Shown here piece by piece: positions 1 to 9,467 of a DNA stretch of 27,834 bases. The notes under the pieces are model-generated. The model had not been told where the DNA came from and ran no database searches. It saw only the letters and a program-made list of their open reading frames with translations. The stretch comes from Planctomycetaceae bacterium (GTDB taxonomy: Bacteria; Planctomycetota; Planctomycetia; Pirellulales; Thermoguttaceae), in contig JAIROD010000815.1 of NCBI GenBank assembly GCA_031257725.1, positions 1 through 27,834 on the forward strand. Reading direction: 5' to 3'. Numbering within the stretch: the stretch's first letter is position 1; each line of letters opens with the position of its first letter. The translations under genes were made by a program, and so were the position numbers.

Positions 1-509
1 TATCTGTTTTTCTACAACATTGCATCTTCTGCTGAACTGACAATGTCAAGCATTTGTAGATTTTGCCTTCAAAAATTTACCTAAATTAACAACCACCCTG
101 TGAACGCTAGGAAAAAAATAATTACAAAATGAAAACCCGCAAACTCCAAAAAACAAAAATACCCCAAAATGCAAACATTAAACATATCGGATTACTATGC
201 AATAAGTATATTCACAGGCAATTTCATGTCAAGAAGGGTCTTTATCAAAAAAATACGCCAATATTCTGTCAATTATTCGGCAATAAAAATAGATGTTGAC
301 TGTCTCGTGTCCTATTCCGCCGATTGCAAAATAAAACATTCCTCTTTGCATTGAGGAGTTTTGTCAACAGATTGTACAGATTATGCCAGATTGTTTTGTA
401 CAGATTTAACAGATTGTTTTGGGTTTCCTAATCTGTTAAATCTGTTGATGATTCTCTTTTTGATGAAAAGACAGAAAACATGATTCCTCGACGGAATAGA
501 TACGAAATT

Positions 510-608
510 TCGTAATCTATTAGTGGAATTTTGGAAAGGTAGGCAATCCGCACGCTGTACGGTTGCGTCGGCGTACTCGCCGACTTGCCCCAGTGAACGG
601 CAAGAAAT
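510..608. repeat. Partial copy of a dispersed MITE/REP-like family (GTAATNTATNAGTGGAATTTT end, AGGTAGGC, GCGTCGGCGTACTCGCCGACTTG core)
   Basis: GCGTCGGCGTACTCGCCGACTTG recurs at about 26017-26039. CCGACTTGCCCCAGTGAACGGCAAGAAAT nearly matches the reverse complement of about 26085-26113. The left end resembles 21813-21835. Confidence 0.7.
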
Positions 609-615
609 CGGATCG

Positions 616-657
616 AACAACGGTAAGCGACTTCGGGAAATGTCGCTTACCGTTGTT
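616..657. terminator. Perfect 16-bp-stem hairpin downstream of beta-barrel 1; likely terminator or REP
   Basis: AACAACGGTAAGCGAC-10 nt loop-GTCGCTTACCGTTGTT, about 55 nt beyond the stop of the minus-strand gene ending at 714. Confidence 0.6.
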
Positions 658-713
658 TGTTTAGATTAACAACACATTGATGAACACGAGGAAAAAGTCA
701 TGAGATATTCAGA

Positions 714-2057
714 TTAGAAGGAAACGACACCGGTAATACCGCCGGAAAATTGGTCACGGTCTTTGCCGTTGTTAAACGGTTTTGTGCCGGTTTTGTCTGC
801 GCTGTAGTCGTAACGTATTTCCGGTCGGATACTGATATTTGAATACGGTTTCCAATTCACACCAAGCGTGTATTCACTAATATCCGTTCCGTAACCGTAA
901 AATTCAACAAGATTCGCCAGATTCGCCCATTCCGCACGAAAACCAATGCCCCAACGTCCATTAAACTGATAGGTCAGATAATTCGCAATACCGTACGAAT
1001 TTGTATGACTTTTATCCGCTCTAACTTTGATATCGTTGTAATTCCATTGGAGCGAATAATTCAATTTATCCGAAATATTGTAACTTATCGCAACCGTATG
1101 CAAATAAACATTCCTACCGCTGAGATTATACCGATTCGTATCAAAAGAATCATGATAAGTCCCATAACCGTTGCGATTATACATAACCGCATACGACAGA
1201 TTCAATTTATCGGTGAGTTGATAGGAAATCGTTCCGATAAAGCCGTGATCGTCGTAAATATTTTCGATACTGGTATCGGTGCCGGTTGTGTAAGCGGCTC
1301 CTAAGGACAACTTACTGCCGTCAGGTGCGTATTGGAAAAACACTCCCGAATGCGAATACGGTTCCAGCAAGAAAATATAGGAATGGCTAAAGAAGAAAAA
1401 ATCAGGAGCACGAAGTGCTTCAAAACCGAGAATTGTTTCAAATTTACCGAATTTAACGGAAAGATCACCATAAGCGAGTTGAGCGTACAGTTGTGGAATG
1501 GCAGTATAATAATCGCCACTCTGCCAACCGTAATCAAAGTTCGCATCTCCCCAACTTTGGGCAATCCACGCTTCGGGACCGAAATATCCTTCGGCGGCAA
1601 AACCCCAGTCAAGACCGTGTGTGCCATCGGCATCTTTTTTAACGCCAAGCCAAAGCTGATTCACCTGAAAATCGGTCGAATGAACTGTTGAAAATAAATT
1701 TCCGTTTCCAGAAGTTGGTTCTATTTGTGTAACAGTTCGACCTTTGTAATTGGCGCCTTTTGTTCTCGTAACGGTATTGCCGCGGCTGTTTACATAAACG
1801 CCAGCCTGAAGCCAACCGTACACTTCGATACTGTCGAAGAGTGATTGGCGGTTACGTTTATGCTTAAACGGACGAAAAGTGTCCGAGGAATCGCAGACAA
1901 CCGCCTCACAAGTGTCGGAAATCTGTTCATCAACGGGTTCGCAGGGAGCACAGGCTTCCTGACCAAGATACGTGGAATTATTTTCCGTGTGAGCAAAAAC
2001 TCCCCCACAATAGGAAAATAAAACCAACGATAATGAAAAGACAAAAAGTTTTTTCAT
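714..2057 (-). CDS. Outer membrane beta-barrel protein, putative porin (BBP2/OmpL-like family), copy 1
   Basis: N-terminal signal peptide (MKKLFVFSLSLVLFSYCGGVFA), alternating beta-strand pattern, GWLQAGVYVN / NQLWL / RPEIRYD motifs and C-terminal Phe. An AAGGAG RBS lies 6 nt before the ATG at 2057; the ORF track starts at 2075. Confidence 0.85.
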   Translation of the reverse strand: MKKLFVFSLSLVLFSYCGGVFAHTENNSTYLGQEACAPCEPVDEQISDTCEAVVCDSSDTFRPFKHKRNRQSLFDSIEVYGWLQAGVYVNSRGNTVTRTKGANYKGRTVTQIEPTSGNGNLFSTVHSTDFQVNQLWLGVKKDADGTHGLDWGFAAEGYFGPEAWIAQSWGDANFDYGWQSGDYYTAIPQLYAQLAYGDLSVKFGKFETILGFEALRAPDFFFFSHSYIFLLEPYSHSGVFFQYAPDGSKLSLGAAYTTGTDTSIENIYDDHGFIGTISYQLTDKLNLSYAVMYNRNGYGTYHDSFDTNRYNLSGRNVYLHTVAISYNISDKLNYSLQWNYNDIKVRADKSHTNSYGIANYLTYQFNGRWGIGFRAEWANLANLVEFYGYGTDISEYTLGVNWKPYSNISIRPEIRYDYSADKTGTKPFNNGKDRDQFSGGITGVVSF

Positions 2058-2268
2058 CATGGACTCCTTTTTCATAAGGGTTTCATTGGATCAAACAACA
2101 ATGAGGGAGATAAAGAATTTATCGGTATTTTTTCTACGAAAACTTAAATATCTCAACCAATAAATGAATTGAATAAAATTTTTCGTAAAATCCTGATAAT
2201 AAACGAGTTATGGTTTGAACAAAGCGAGTTTTTGCACCTTCTTTATTGATAATTATTTCAAGGGATTT

Positions 2269-2344
2269 TCGTTATATTTAACGGCTAACCGTGATATTTG
2301 ACGGCTCCGTGAAATATCACGTGGACAACCAGCAAATATCACGG
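2269..2344. promoter_or_regulatory. Array of four 16-bp palindromic sites (CCGTGA-N4-T(C/G)ACGG type)
   Basis: Sites at 2269-2284, 2289-2304, 2307-2322 and 2329-2344. The same motif occurs at 4445, 19779-19846 and 27425-27503. Confidence 0.7.
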
Positions 2345-2406
2345 GCGAATCGGTTGTTTCACGATTTTTGTTCAAAATAGTTGTTTTTTATCATGTTTTT
2401 TTGGTA

Positions 2407-2422
2407 TGGCACGAATTTTGTA
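2407..2422 (+). promoter_or_regulatory. Putative sigma54 (-24/-12) promoter for the amidase
   Basis: TGGCAC-GAATT-TTGTA versus consensus TGGCAC-N5-TTGCW. It has the same TTGTA variant as the metN promoter. Confidence 0.6.
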
Positions 2423-2724
2423 TGAAGGTTTATGCTGTAACATGTTGCATTTTTACGCGCAATGGCGATTGATTGGATAGGATGCCCCGTGTATTCCGGC
2501 AAAACGTCCTGAACTAATCGAAACCTGAAAAAAGCGTAATAAAAACTGAAAACTTTCCAAAGTAACCACTGTAAACCAAAACTCCTAAAAGGAGAACAAC
2601 ATTTACCGGTGATTTTAATAAACCTTTTTAACCCTTAACAAAAAGTATTCATTTTTTATTGTAATGAAATTTGTCTCCATTACAATAGCAATAACACCAG
2701 TTAAAAAAATAGAGGAAAATTACT

Positions 2725-3642
2725 ATGAACACAGGAAACTGTTTCCCGATTAACGGGAAAATTGAAACGGAAGCGTTGAGTGCCGTTCTCTTGCAGATTA
2801 GTCCGGCTCTTAGTGCGGAAAGTGCGGAAGATGTTGATAAGAACATCGACAAGGTATTTTCGTACATTGATCGGGCAACTTATGGGCTTCCGGGTTTTGA
2901 TTTGGTTATTACCCCCGAAATTGTGTTGAATGGTTTTGCGGAAAAATATTTTCTGAGTGCCGTGAAACTCAATTCGCCGCAAATTCAGCGGCTCAAAGAT
3001 AAATGTAAACTGTTGCAAATATGGGGTGTCTTCGGTCTCGTCATTGATCTCGACGACGGGAAATTTCCCCGCAACAGTGCGTTAACAATCAACGCCGATG
3101 GAGAAATCGCAAATCTGTACGTTAAAACCGCTAACTGGATTCCGGTCGAACCGTTTACTCCGGGCGATGAAATTCAAGTTTTTGACGGTCCGAAGGGTTC
3201 CCGAATTGCTACAATAATTTGTTCAGACGGGGACTACATTGACTCGTGGCTTGAAGCGGGACACAAAGGAGCCAATGTTATCGTACGGATTTCCGATTAT
3301 ATGACACCTTATCAGGAAGCATACGAAATTACGAATCGTGCCGGTGCGTATTTTACCCGTAGTTACGTTCTTGCCTCGAACACGTCGGAAATTGATGAAA
3401 GTTTCTGTCTTTTCGGACGCAGTATGGCGGTCGATCCTGATGGTAACATTATTGCCGAAGCACCGGTCGGAATTCCGTACATTTTTAAGGCGGATATTTA
3501 TCCGGGACTCCGCGACCATATTCACAAACAAGCGTTCATGGGAAATCTCCAGTGGCAAAGCAATCATCGAGGTGCATCGTCACCGGAAAGCGGCGGTATT
3601 GGAAAAGATAAATCCATTTATACGCACAGAAAAGAAAAATAA
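2725..3642 (+). CDS. amiF: Formamidase/aliphatic amidase-like protein (nitrilase superfamily, AmiF-like)
   Basis: Glu-Lys-Cys triad motifs (ITPE, YVK, IICSDG). GPKGSRIA, PVEPFTPGD, KGANVIVRISDY and NHRG closely parallel H. pylori AmiF. RBS AGAGG. Exact substrate not proven. Confidence 0.8.
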   Translation: MNTGNCFPINGKIETEALSAVLLQISPALSAESAEDVDKNIDKVFSYIDRATYGLPGFDLVITPEIVLNGFAEKYFLSAVKLNSPQIQRLKDKCKLLQIWGVFGLVIDLDDGKFPRNSALTINADGEIANLYVKTANWIPVEPFTPGDEIQVFDGPKGSRIATIICSDGDYIDSWLEAGHKGANVIVRISDYMTPYQEAYEITNRAGAYFTRSYVLASNTSEIDESFCLFGRSMAVDPDGNIIAEAPVGIPYIFKADIYPGLRDHIHKQAFMGNLQWQSNHRGASSPESGGIGKDKSIYTHRKEK

Positions 3643-3808
3643 TAAAAATATCCGCATGTTGATCGAACATGTTGGATACGGTAATCATGATTATTTGATG
3701 TAGCAAAAAAAAAAAACAGGCTTATGGGCTCCGCTAGGTTGAACAACATGTTACTATTAATTATTAACGATTAACTATTAACTACTAACTAACATAAGGA
3801 GTGATTAT

Positions 3809-4216
3809 ATGTCACAACAATTTAATCGACGGGATTTTGTAAAAAAATCGGTTTTTGGTGCTTCGTTGGCAACGGTTACCGGAGTGCCGATTGTAACAAC
3901 AATTGCTGCCGCCGATGAACAGAAACCCATTAACGTCCCGGCAAGCAGTCACGCCGAAAGCGCGGCTCCGGTTCCTCATCTGTTCTTGAAACTATTGAAT
4001 GCGAAAGGTATTCAGTTCCCAACAACGAAAAGAGAAATTCTTACACGTTTGGGAGAAAGCGAACTCCGTTTGTCAAAAACCAATCGGGTCAAAGCAGCCG
4101 ATTTTGTTCGCGGAATTGTCCCGGAACATTTTGAAAACGGTTCCGCATTTTGGAGCGCGTTTCATTCCGCGTTGTACGGCGCGAACCGTGACGCTTTTTT
4201 GAAGGCGCGAAAATAA
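3809..4216 (+). CDS. Tat-signal (twin-arginine) exported protein of unknown function
   Basis: NRRDFVK motif, a hydrophobic stretch and an AAA cleavage region. RBS AAGGAG. Small C-terminal domain FPTTKREIL...HFENGSAF. Confidence 0.8.
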   Translation: MSQQFNRRDFVKKSVFGASLATVTGVPIVTTIAAADEQKPINVPASSHAESAAPVPHLFLKLLNAKGIQFPTTKREILTRLGESELRLSKTNRVKAADFVRGIVPEHFENGSAFWSAFHSALYGANRDAFLKARK

Positions 4217-4444
4217 AGCACCGCAGACGAATTCTTGCGAAACAATCGTCACACTAATTCCGGTCATTTTATACTTTTCACACTTTAAAATTTTGTTTTG
4301 AAACGAAAATGGAATTTTAAAGTGTGAAGAGTGTACTAAAACCGAAATTACACTGGAACAAATATTTTCACCTAAATGATTCATGCCAATTTTTTGACAT
4401 GATTTCCCGATAAAATAAGTTTTTTGACCAACTTTTGACTGGCA

Positions 4445-4478
4445 CCGTGATATATCACGGCACCGTGTTATAACATAG
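4445..4478. promoter_or_regulatory. Perfect palindrome CCGTGATATATCACGG plus an adjacent degenerate site upstream of beta-barrel 2
   Basis: Perfect 16-bp palindrome at 4445-4460. A second site, CCGTGTTATAACATAG, at 4463-4478 repeats the 18-bp spacing seen at 2289/2307. Confidence 0.7.
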
Positions 4479-4618
4479 TTCATGAAGGGTTACAAATTTA
4501 TGAATCCGGTAAATTTTTAATAAAGTTTTTATAAGAAAAAGACTGATAAAAAAAGTATCTCCCCCATATCGTTTGATTTTTTTACATGAACATTTCCTAA
4601 CACATTACGAGGGAGATT

Positions 4619-5971
4619 ATGAGAGTATTTTTTGGATGTTTATTATCGTTAATTTTATTTTCCTATGGAGGTGAAAATTTTGTTCACGCGGAAAATGAAA
4701 TTGTTTATTTGGGACAGGAAGCCTGTACCCCCTGTGACGCAATTGGCGAGCAACCGCCCAACGACCCTTGCGATGCGGTCTCCTGTGACACGGACACGTT
4801 TAATTTGTTTTCGCACAATTATCCGTATCGCCGTAATCACCGCAAATCGCTCTTTGACAGCCTTGACTTTTTTGGTTGGATTCAGGGTGGGGTGTATGCC
4901 AATAGTCGCGGTAATACTGTTACTCGGTCAAAGGGAACGAATTACAACGGACGGACTGTTACACAATTAGACAGCGGTTCCGGTAACGGAGATTTGCATT
5001 TAGGTGTCAAATCAACGGATTTTCAGGTGAATCAACTTTGGTTTGGCGTGAAGCGTAACGCTGACGGCAAGCATGGTTTGGATTGGGGGGGTGCCGCTGA
5101 AGTCATTTTTGGTACGGAAGCATGGATTGCTCAGAGTTGGGGCGATGCCGAACTTGATTACGGTTGGCAGGACGGCGATTATTCAACCGCCTTCCCGCAA
5201 TTGTACTTCCAACTCGCTTACGGCAATTTGTCCGTAAAAGCCGGTAAGTTTGAAACAATAATTGGTTATGAAGCATTTCGTGCCGCTAATTTTTTCTTTT
5301 ACAGTCATTCTTATATTTTCCATCTGGAGCCGTATTCTCATTCGGGGGTATTTGGGGAATACAATCCCGGCGGGAAGTGGTCGTTTGGTGCTGCTTACAC
5401 AACCGGTGCTAATTCCAGTATCGAAAATGCGTTTGATGATCACGGTTTGCTGGGACTGATTAGTTATCAACTCACCGACGACCTCAGTATTTCCTACGCC
5501 GTAACATATAATCATAACGGTTACGGTGCCTACCGTGATCCCGGAGACACGAACAAAAACCGGTATGGTTTGAGCGGGACGAATGTTTATCTGCATACGG
5601 TTGCGGCAAGTTATAATATTTCCGATAAATGGAATTACGTCCTTCAATGGAATTACAATAACGCTAAACTCCGGGAAGACGGTAGTCATGCGTTATCGTA
5701 CGGTATTGCCAATACGCTGACGTATCAGTTTAATGATAAGTGGGGAATTGGTTTTCGTGCGGAATGGGCAAATCTGGACGGCATTTATGGTTTCGGAAAC
5801 GATATCAGTGAATACACACTCGGTGTGAATTGGAAACCCTATTCCAATATCAGTATTCGTCCTGAAATACGTTATGATTATAGCGCAGGTTCAAACGCCG
5901 CCAAACTATTCAACAATGGAAAAAACCGCGACCAATTTTCCGGAGGTATTGCCAGCGTGATTTCGTTTTAA
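4619..5971 (+). CDS. Outer membrane beta-barrel protein, putative porin (BBP2/OmpL-like family), copy 2
   Basis: Signal peptide, beta-barrel pattern and C-terminal Phe. Shares long identical runs with copy 1 (e.g. DISEYTLGVNWKPYSNISIRPEIRYDYSA). RBS GAGGGAG. Confidence 0.85.
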   Translation: MRVFFGCLLSLILFSYGGENFVHAENEIVYLGQEACTPCDAIGEQPPNDPCDAVSCDTDTFNLFSHNYPYRRNHRKSLFDSLDFFGWIQGGVYANSRGNTVTRSKGTNYNGRTVTQLDSGSGNGDLHLGVKSTDFQVNQLWFGVKRNADGKHGLDWGGAAEVIFGTEAWIAQSWGDAELDYGWQDGDYSTAFPQLYFQLAYGNLSVKAGKFETIIGYEAFRAANFFFYSHSYIFHLEPYSHSGVFGEYNPGGKWSFGAAYTTGANSSIENAFDDHGLLGLISYQLTDDLSISYAVTYNHNGYGAYRDPGDTNKNRYGLSGTNVYLHTVAASYNISDKWNYVLQWNYNNAKLREDGSHALSYGIANTLTYQFNDKWGIGFRAEWANLDGIYGFGNDISEYTLGVNWKPYSNISIRPEIRYDYSAGSNAAKLFNNGKNRDQFSGGIASVISF

Positions 5972-6006
5972 ATATTTTTGTTAAAGTTTGTCCAATAAGG
6001 CGAGAG

Positions 6007-6043
6007 GTGAATAATCCCCGGTTGTTACTGCGGGGTTATTCAC
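6007..6043. terminator. Hairpin between convergent transcription units
   Basis: GTGAATAATCCCCG-loop-CGGGGTTATTCAC lies between the beta-barrel 2 stop (5971) and the end of the minus-strand operon (6265). Confidence 0.5.
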
Positions 6044-6264
6044 AAATTCCTCGTCCGCAAACGATCTTGTTCGTCGATAATCTGTTCGATATCGTCTGTC
6101 GTTATAAATAATGATATCTAAATCTTTCTTCAAAAACATTAGTTGACTCTCTATAGAAGACTCCAAGCAATTTGTATGACCATAAAGAGTTGAAAACTAA
6201 AATTTCAAGTACAAAAATTATATCATTATAAAAATTCCTCAAAAAAATAATCTGCGGATCATCT

Positions 6265-6684
6265 TTATTTTGGGAAATAGTGTGATTGGTTGCGGCAGAT
6301 TTCATTCAAAATATCATCGGTGTATCCGATAGTTTCAAATATTTTCATTCCTCCGGCGGTAAGATACTCTAATGCGCCGCAACCGATTTTTCCAGTAATA
6401 ATCGCATCGCAGTCACTCAATATATCCAATATTTTGTCAAAGGACTGTTCATGATGTTCAAATTGATTACAACAAGGCTCAACGGTTCTTGTTTCAACAA
6501 AATTATATCCGTTTTCGTTAATTGAAACGATATGAAATTCCTTTGTTCTGCCGAAATGTTGATGAATTGTTTTACCGTCAGAACTGGCAACAGCAATCAG
6601 ATTAGAAATTGTTGCGGATTTTCTATTATCGTCGCCATTATTATTTTTTTCATAAATAGTGATTGGTTTGAATTCCATGATCAT
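6265..6684 (-). CDS. NifB/NifX-family Fe-Mo cofactor-binding domain protein
   Basis: IAVASSDGKTIHQHFG, a C/H-rich loop (PCCNQFEHHE) and DCDAIITGKIGCGA are typical of the Nitro_FeMo-Co domain. ATGA overlap with the upstream gene. Confidence 0.85.
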   Translation of the reverse strand: MIMEFKPITIYEKNNNGDDNRKSATISNLIAVASSDGKTIHQHFGRTKEFHIVSINENGYNFVETRTVEPCCNQFEHHEQSFDKILDILSDCDAIITGKIGCGALEYLTAGGMKIFETIGYTDDILNEICRNQSHYFPK

Positions 6685-7349
6685 CGCTCATTTCTCCTTA
6701 ATTTTGAAATAGTATCATCTAAAAGTTTAACCGCCTGCACCGCATTATTCGCGTAACCGTCGGCTTTTATTTTTGTTGCGAAATCGTGTGAAATCGGTTT
6801 ACCGCCGACCATCACACGAAACCGATTACGTTTATTTTCTGCAACTAATAAATCGATCACCTCTTTGATATTTTTCATTGTTGTTGTCATCAAGGTTGAT
6901 ACGGCGATAATATCAGCGTTCCACTTAACCGCTTCGTCCACAAAAAGGTGTGCCGAAACATCTTTTCCCAAGTCGAGTACTTCATATCCCGCCGAATTCA
7001 AAAATAACGCAACTATATTTTTCCCAATATCATGAGTATCCCCGAAAATCGTACCAAGAACAACTCGTCCTTTGGACAATGGATTTTGTAACAACCCTGT
7101 CCTTAAAATTGCGGCGGCATTTTGTACAGTATCTGCGCAAACGAGAAGATCGGGGATGAAATATTCGCCTGTTTCATAAAGTTGACCGACTTTTGCCATT
7201 CCGCCGCCCAATCCTGTTTCAATTGCTTTCGCGCAATCCAAACCGTTGCGGACAATTATTGTTGCAATCTTTTCCGCCAGCGTTTCGTCCTGATCAACAA
7301 CCGCTTGAGATAATTGTTCAAAAAATTGTTGCTGTGTTAATTCCGTCAT
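6681..7349 (-). CDS. Corrinoid (B12-binding) methyl-carrier protein, MtaC/MttC-like
   Basis: Four-helix cap followed by the DxHxxG motif (GDTHDIGKNIV), STLMTTT and VMVGG. Confidence 0.9.
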   Translation of the reverse strand: MTELTQQQFFEQLSQAVVDQDETLAEKIATIIVRNGLDCAKAIETGLGGGMAKVGQLYETGEYFIPDLLVCADTVQNAAAILRTGLLQNPLSKGRVVLGTIFGDTHDIGKNIVALFLNSAGYEVLDLGKDVSAHLFVDEAVKWNADIIAVSTLMTTTMKNIKEVIDLLVAENKRNRFRVMVGGKPISHDFATKIKADGYANNAVQAVKLLDDTISKLRRNER

Positions 7350-7882
7350 AAAACGCCGTTTGAAATATGTAATAAAAAAATTTTATTTACGGTCGGAGTG
7401 TGGATACATTGATGTCCGATAAAAACAAGTTGTTTCATTTGTGCGTATTCCGATAACACCGACATGTACGGTTTGTCGGGAAACGGAACAAGTTCAACAT
7501 GTACAAAACCGTATTTTTCCAAAGAGAAGGAACTGTAAGGGCAAAGATGTATTACTCCGCCGGAAGTTGTTTTGAGTCCGCTCAAAAGTTGAAATAAATA
7601 CGGCAACGAAAATTCACGAATATGCGTTTCGGATAGTGTAACAGGATTGGCATACGGATCCGCAATGGAAATAATTTGCGGCAAGGCTGTGTTTATTTCG
7701 ATGATTAAATTTGTTGCGATATATTCCAGTTCTTTCTGAACTACAGACTTTTCTTGTTGTAACCGTTTATAAAATGCGAGTCCGTTTTCCGCCTGAGCCG
7801 CAGCCGAAAACGGCGCGGATATTTCCAAAACAAAATCATACTTCTCATGCGTTTCCGCAACACAATATTTCATCGGGTTCAT
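7346..7882 (-). CDS. Short URO-D/MtaA-fold-like protein (partial barrel)
   Basis: ISIADPYANP resembles the IADPTA motif of the MtaA paralogues. Contains IHLCP (HxC) and a distal GHQC. Coupled to both neighbours; only 178 aa. Confidence 0.55.
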   Translation of the reverse strand: MNPMKYCVAETHEKYDFVLEISAPFSAAAQAENGLAFYKRLQQEKSVVQKELEYIATNLIIEINTALPQIISIADPYANPVTLSETHIREFSLPYLFQLLSGLKTTSGGVIHLCPYSSFSLEKYGFVHVELVPFPDKPYMSVLSEYAQMKQLVFIGHQCIHTPTVNKIFLLHISNGVL

Positions 7883-7883
7883 A

Positions 7884-9464
7884 TTAAAACCCCAGTGACG
7901 CTACAAATATTTTTTCAAAATTTTCGTTATTTGCCAGTTCAATTTTTTGTATTTCAGACGCAACATTCAGCATTTTCGTTCTAAAATCGACATTTAACAA
8001 AAAAGCGGTTCCGCCGGATTGAGCGGTGTTACCGACAAACGTTACTTTTCCTTCAAATTCAGGCGGGAGCAAACCAATACTTAAAAGGCTTTTTTCGTTC
8101 AAATGATAACCAAAGGAACCGGCAATTTCGATACGGTTTACTTCTTCTTTCTTGAGATTCATTTTCATTAAAAGAGATTCAATTCCTGAACGAACCGCGC
8201 CTTTTGCCAGTTGAATTTGCCGAACGTCATTTTGTGTCAAATAAACATCGTCGGTAACAAAAAACACTTTTTTCCCGTCTTTTTCCCGTAATCCGTCAAT
8301 TGTTTTTTGTGACGTGAATCTGCCGCTTTTCCCGATAATTCCTTGCCTGACCAATTCGCCGGTTATATCCAAAAGTCCGCTTCCGCAAATTCCTGTTGCG
8401 CGTGTACCGCCGATTACCTGATAATCGATACTTCCGTCATTGTTGATACAAAAACGTTCAACGGCACCGTTTCCGGCGCGCATTCCGCAGGTGATATTCA
8501 TTCCTTCAAAAGCCGGACCCGCCGCCGTTGATGTTGCCGCCAGAGCACCGTTTTTTGCCAAAACCATTTCGCCGTTTGTACCAATATCAATAAATAATAT
8601 TGTTTCTTTTTGTTCATATAATTGTGACGCTAAAATACCGGAGGTGATATCGGCACCGACAAACGCGGAAATTATCGGCGGTAAATAAATCACGCCAAAA
8701 GGCGAAATATTGAGTTTCAATGCGGTAAAATATTCACCGCCGTGAATTTGTGACAGATAAGGATATTGTCCGAGCGGTTTGGGGTCAATTCCGCACGCTA
8801 AATGAAGCATTGCCGTATTGCCGCTGTACACAATTTCATAAATATTTTTCGTACTGATTTTTGCTTTTTCCGAAAGAGTACCGATCATTTCGTTTAATGC
8901 GTCAATCAAAACGTTTTGTAACACGTTCAAACCTTCGTGATTACTTGCGAAATGGATTCTTGAAAGAACATCTTGAGCGTAAGTACTTTGCGGATTCAAT
9001 CTGCTTTCTGAAACAATTTCTTTTCCAGAGGACAAGTTAATTATTGCAACGACTAAAGTTGTTGTTCCGATATCAACAGTAATTCCATAACACGATTTTG
9101 ACGTATCGCCTGATTCCGTACCTAAAGCGGAGTTCCCGCCGTAAACAACTGTTTTTTCACCGTCAAATTGTTTTGAAATGAACGGTTTTAATTGGCAGGA
9201 ACAACTTTGTCCGCCGGACAATATTTGCAACGTTTTATTTTCGTTTTCTTTATTTTCGGTAAAGACAGTGATATTTTCTGTAATATTTTTTTGACAAGCA
9301 AGAAAATAATCGGAACCGATTTTTATTTTACACTTACCGCAAGTTCCCATACCGTTACACGGCGTTTCCAGCACGATTCCCAATTGCCGTGCCGCTTCCA
9401 GGACGGTTGTTCCGTTTGTTACGGAGAGTGTTTTCTGTTCGTTGGCGAAAATAATTTCAGGCAC
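7884..9464 (-). CDS. Reductive activator of corrinoid proteins (RACo/RamA-like; 2Fe-2S plus ASKHA ATPase, DUF4445)
   Basis: N-terminal PCNGMGTCGKC...ACQ [2Fe-2S] motif, plus DIGTTT, DIGTNGE, GPAFEG, GICGSG, AGSFG and GNTA. GTG start with a GGAGG RBS. Confidence 0.92.
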   Translation of the reverse strand: MPEIIFANEQKTLSVTNGTTVLEAARQLGIVLETPCNGMGTCGKCKIKIGSDYFLACQKNITENITVFTENKENENKTLQILSGGQSCSCQLKPFISKQFDGEKTVVYGGNSALGTESGDTSKSCYGITVDIGTTTLVVAIINLSSGKEIVSESRLNPQSTYAQDVLSRIHFASNHEGLNVLQNVLIDALNEMIGTLSEKAKISTKNIYEIVYSGNTAMLHLACGIDPKPLGQYPYLSQIHGGEYFTALKLNISPFGVIYLPPIISAFVGADITSGILASQLYEQKETILFIDIGTNGEMVLAKNGALAATSTAAGPAFEGMNITCGMRAGNGAVERFCINNDGSIDYQVIGGTRATGICGSGLLDITGELVRQGIIGKSGRFTSQKTIDGLREKDGKKVFFVTDDVYLTQNDVRQIQLAKGAVRSGIESLLMKMNLKKEEVNRIEIAGSFGYHLNEKSLLSIGLLPPEFEGKVTFVGNTAQSGGTAFLLNVDFRTKMLNVASEIQKIELANNENFEKIFVASLGF

Positions 9465-9467
9465 GTT

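Noticed and set aside
541-565. Group II intron domain V (GCACGCTGTACGGTT)
   Set aside because: There is no catalytic-triad 5' strand or domain VI, and the segment is part of the dispersed MITE family.
4440-4455. sigma54 promoter for beta-barrel 2 (TGGCAC at 4440)
   Set aside because: The -12 position reads TATAT, not TTGC; the TGGCAC overlaps the palindrome.
714-5971. Diversity-generating retroelement or invertible cassette based on the duplicated barrels
   Set aside because: No reverse transcriptase or recombinase is present, both genes are intact with their own RBS, and I saw no adenine-specific TR/VR pattern by eye.
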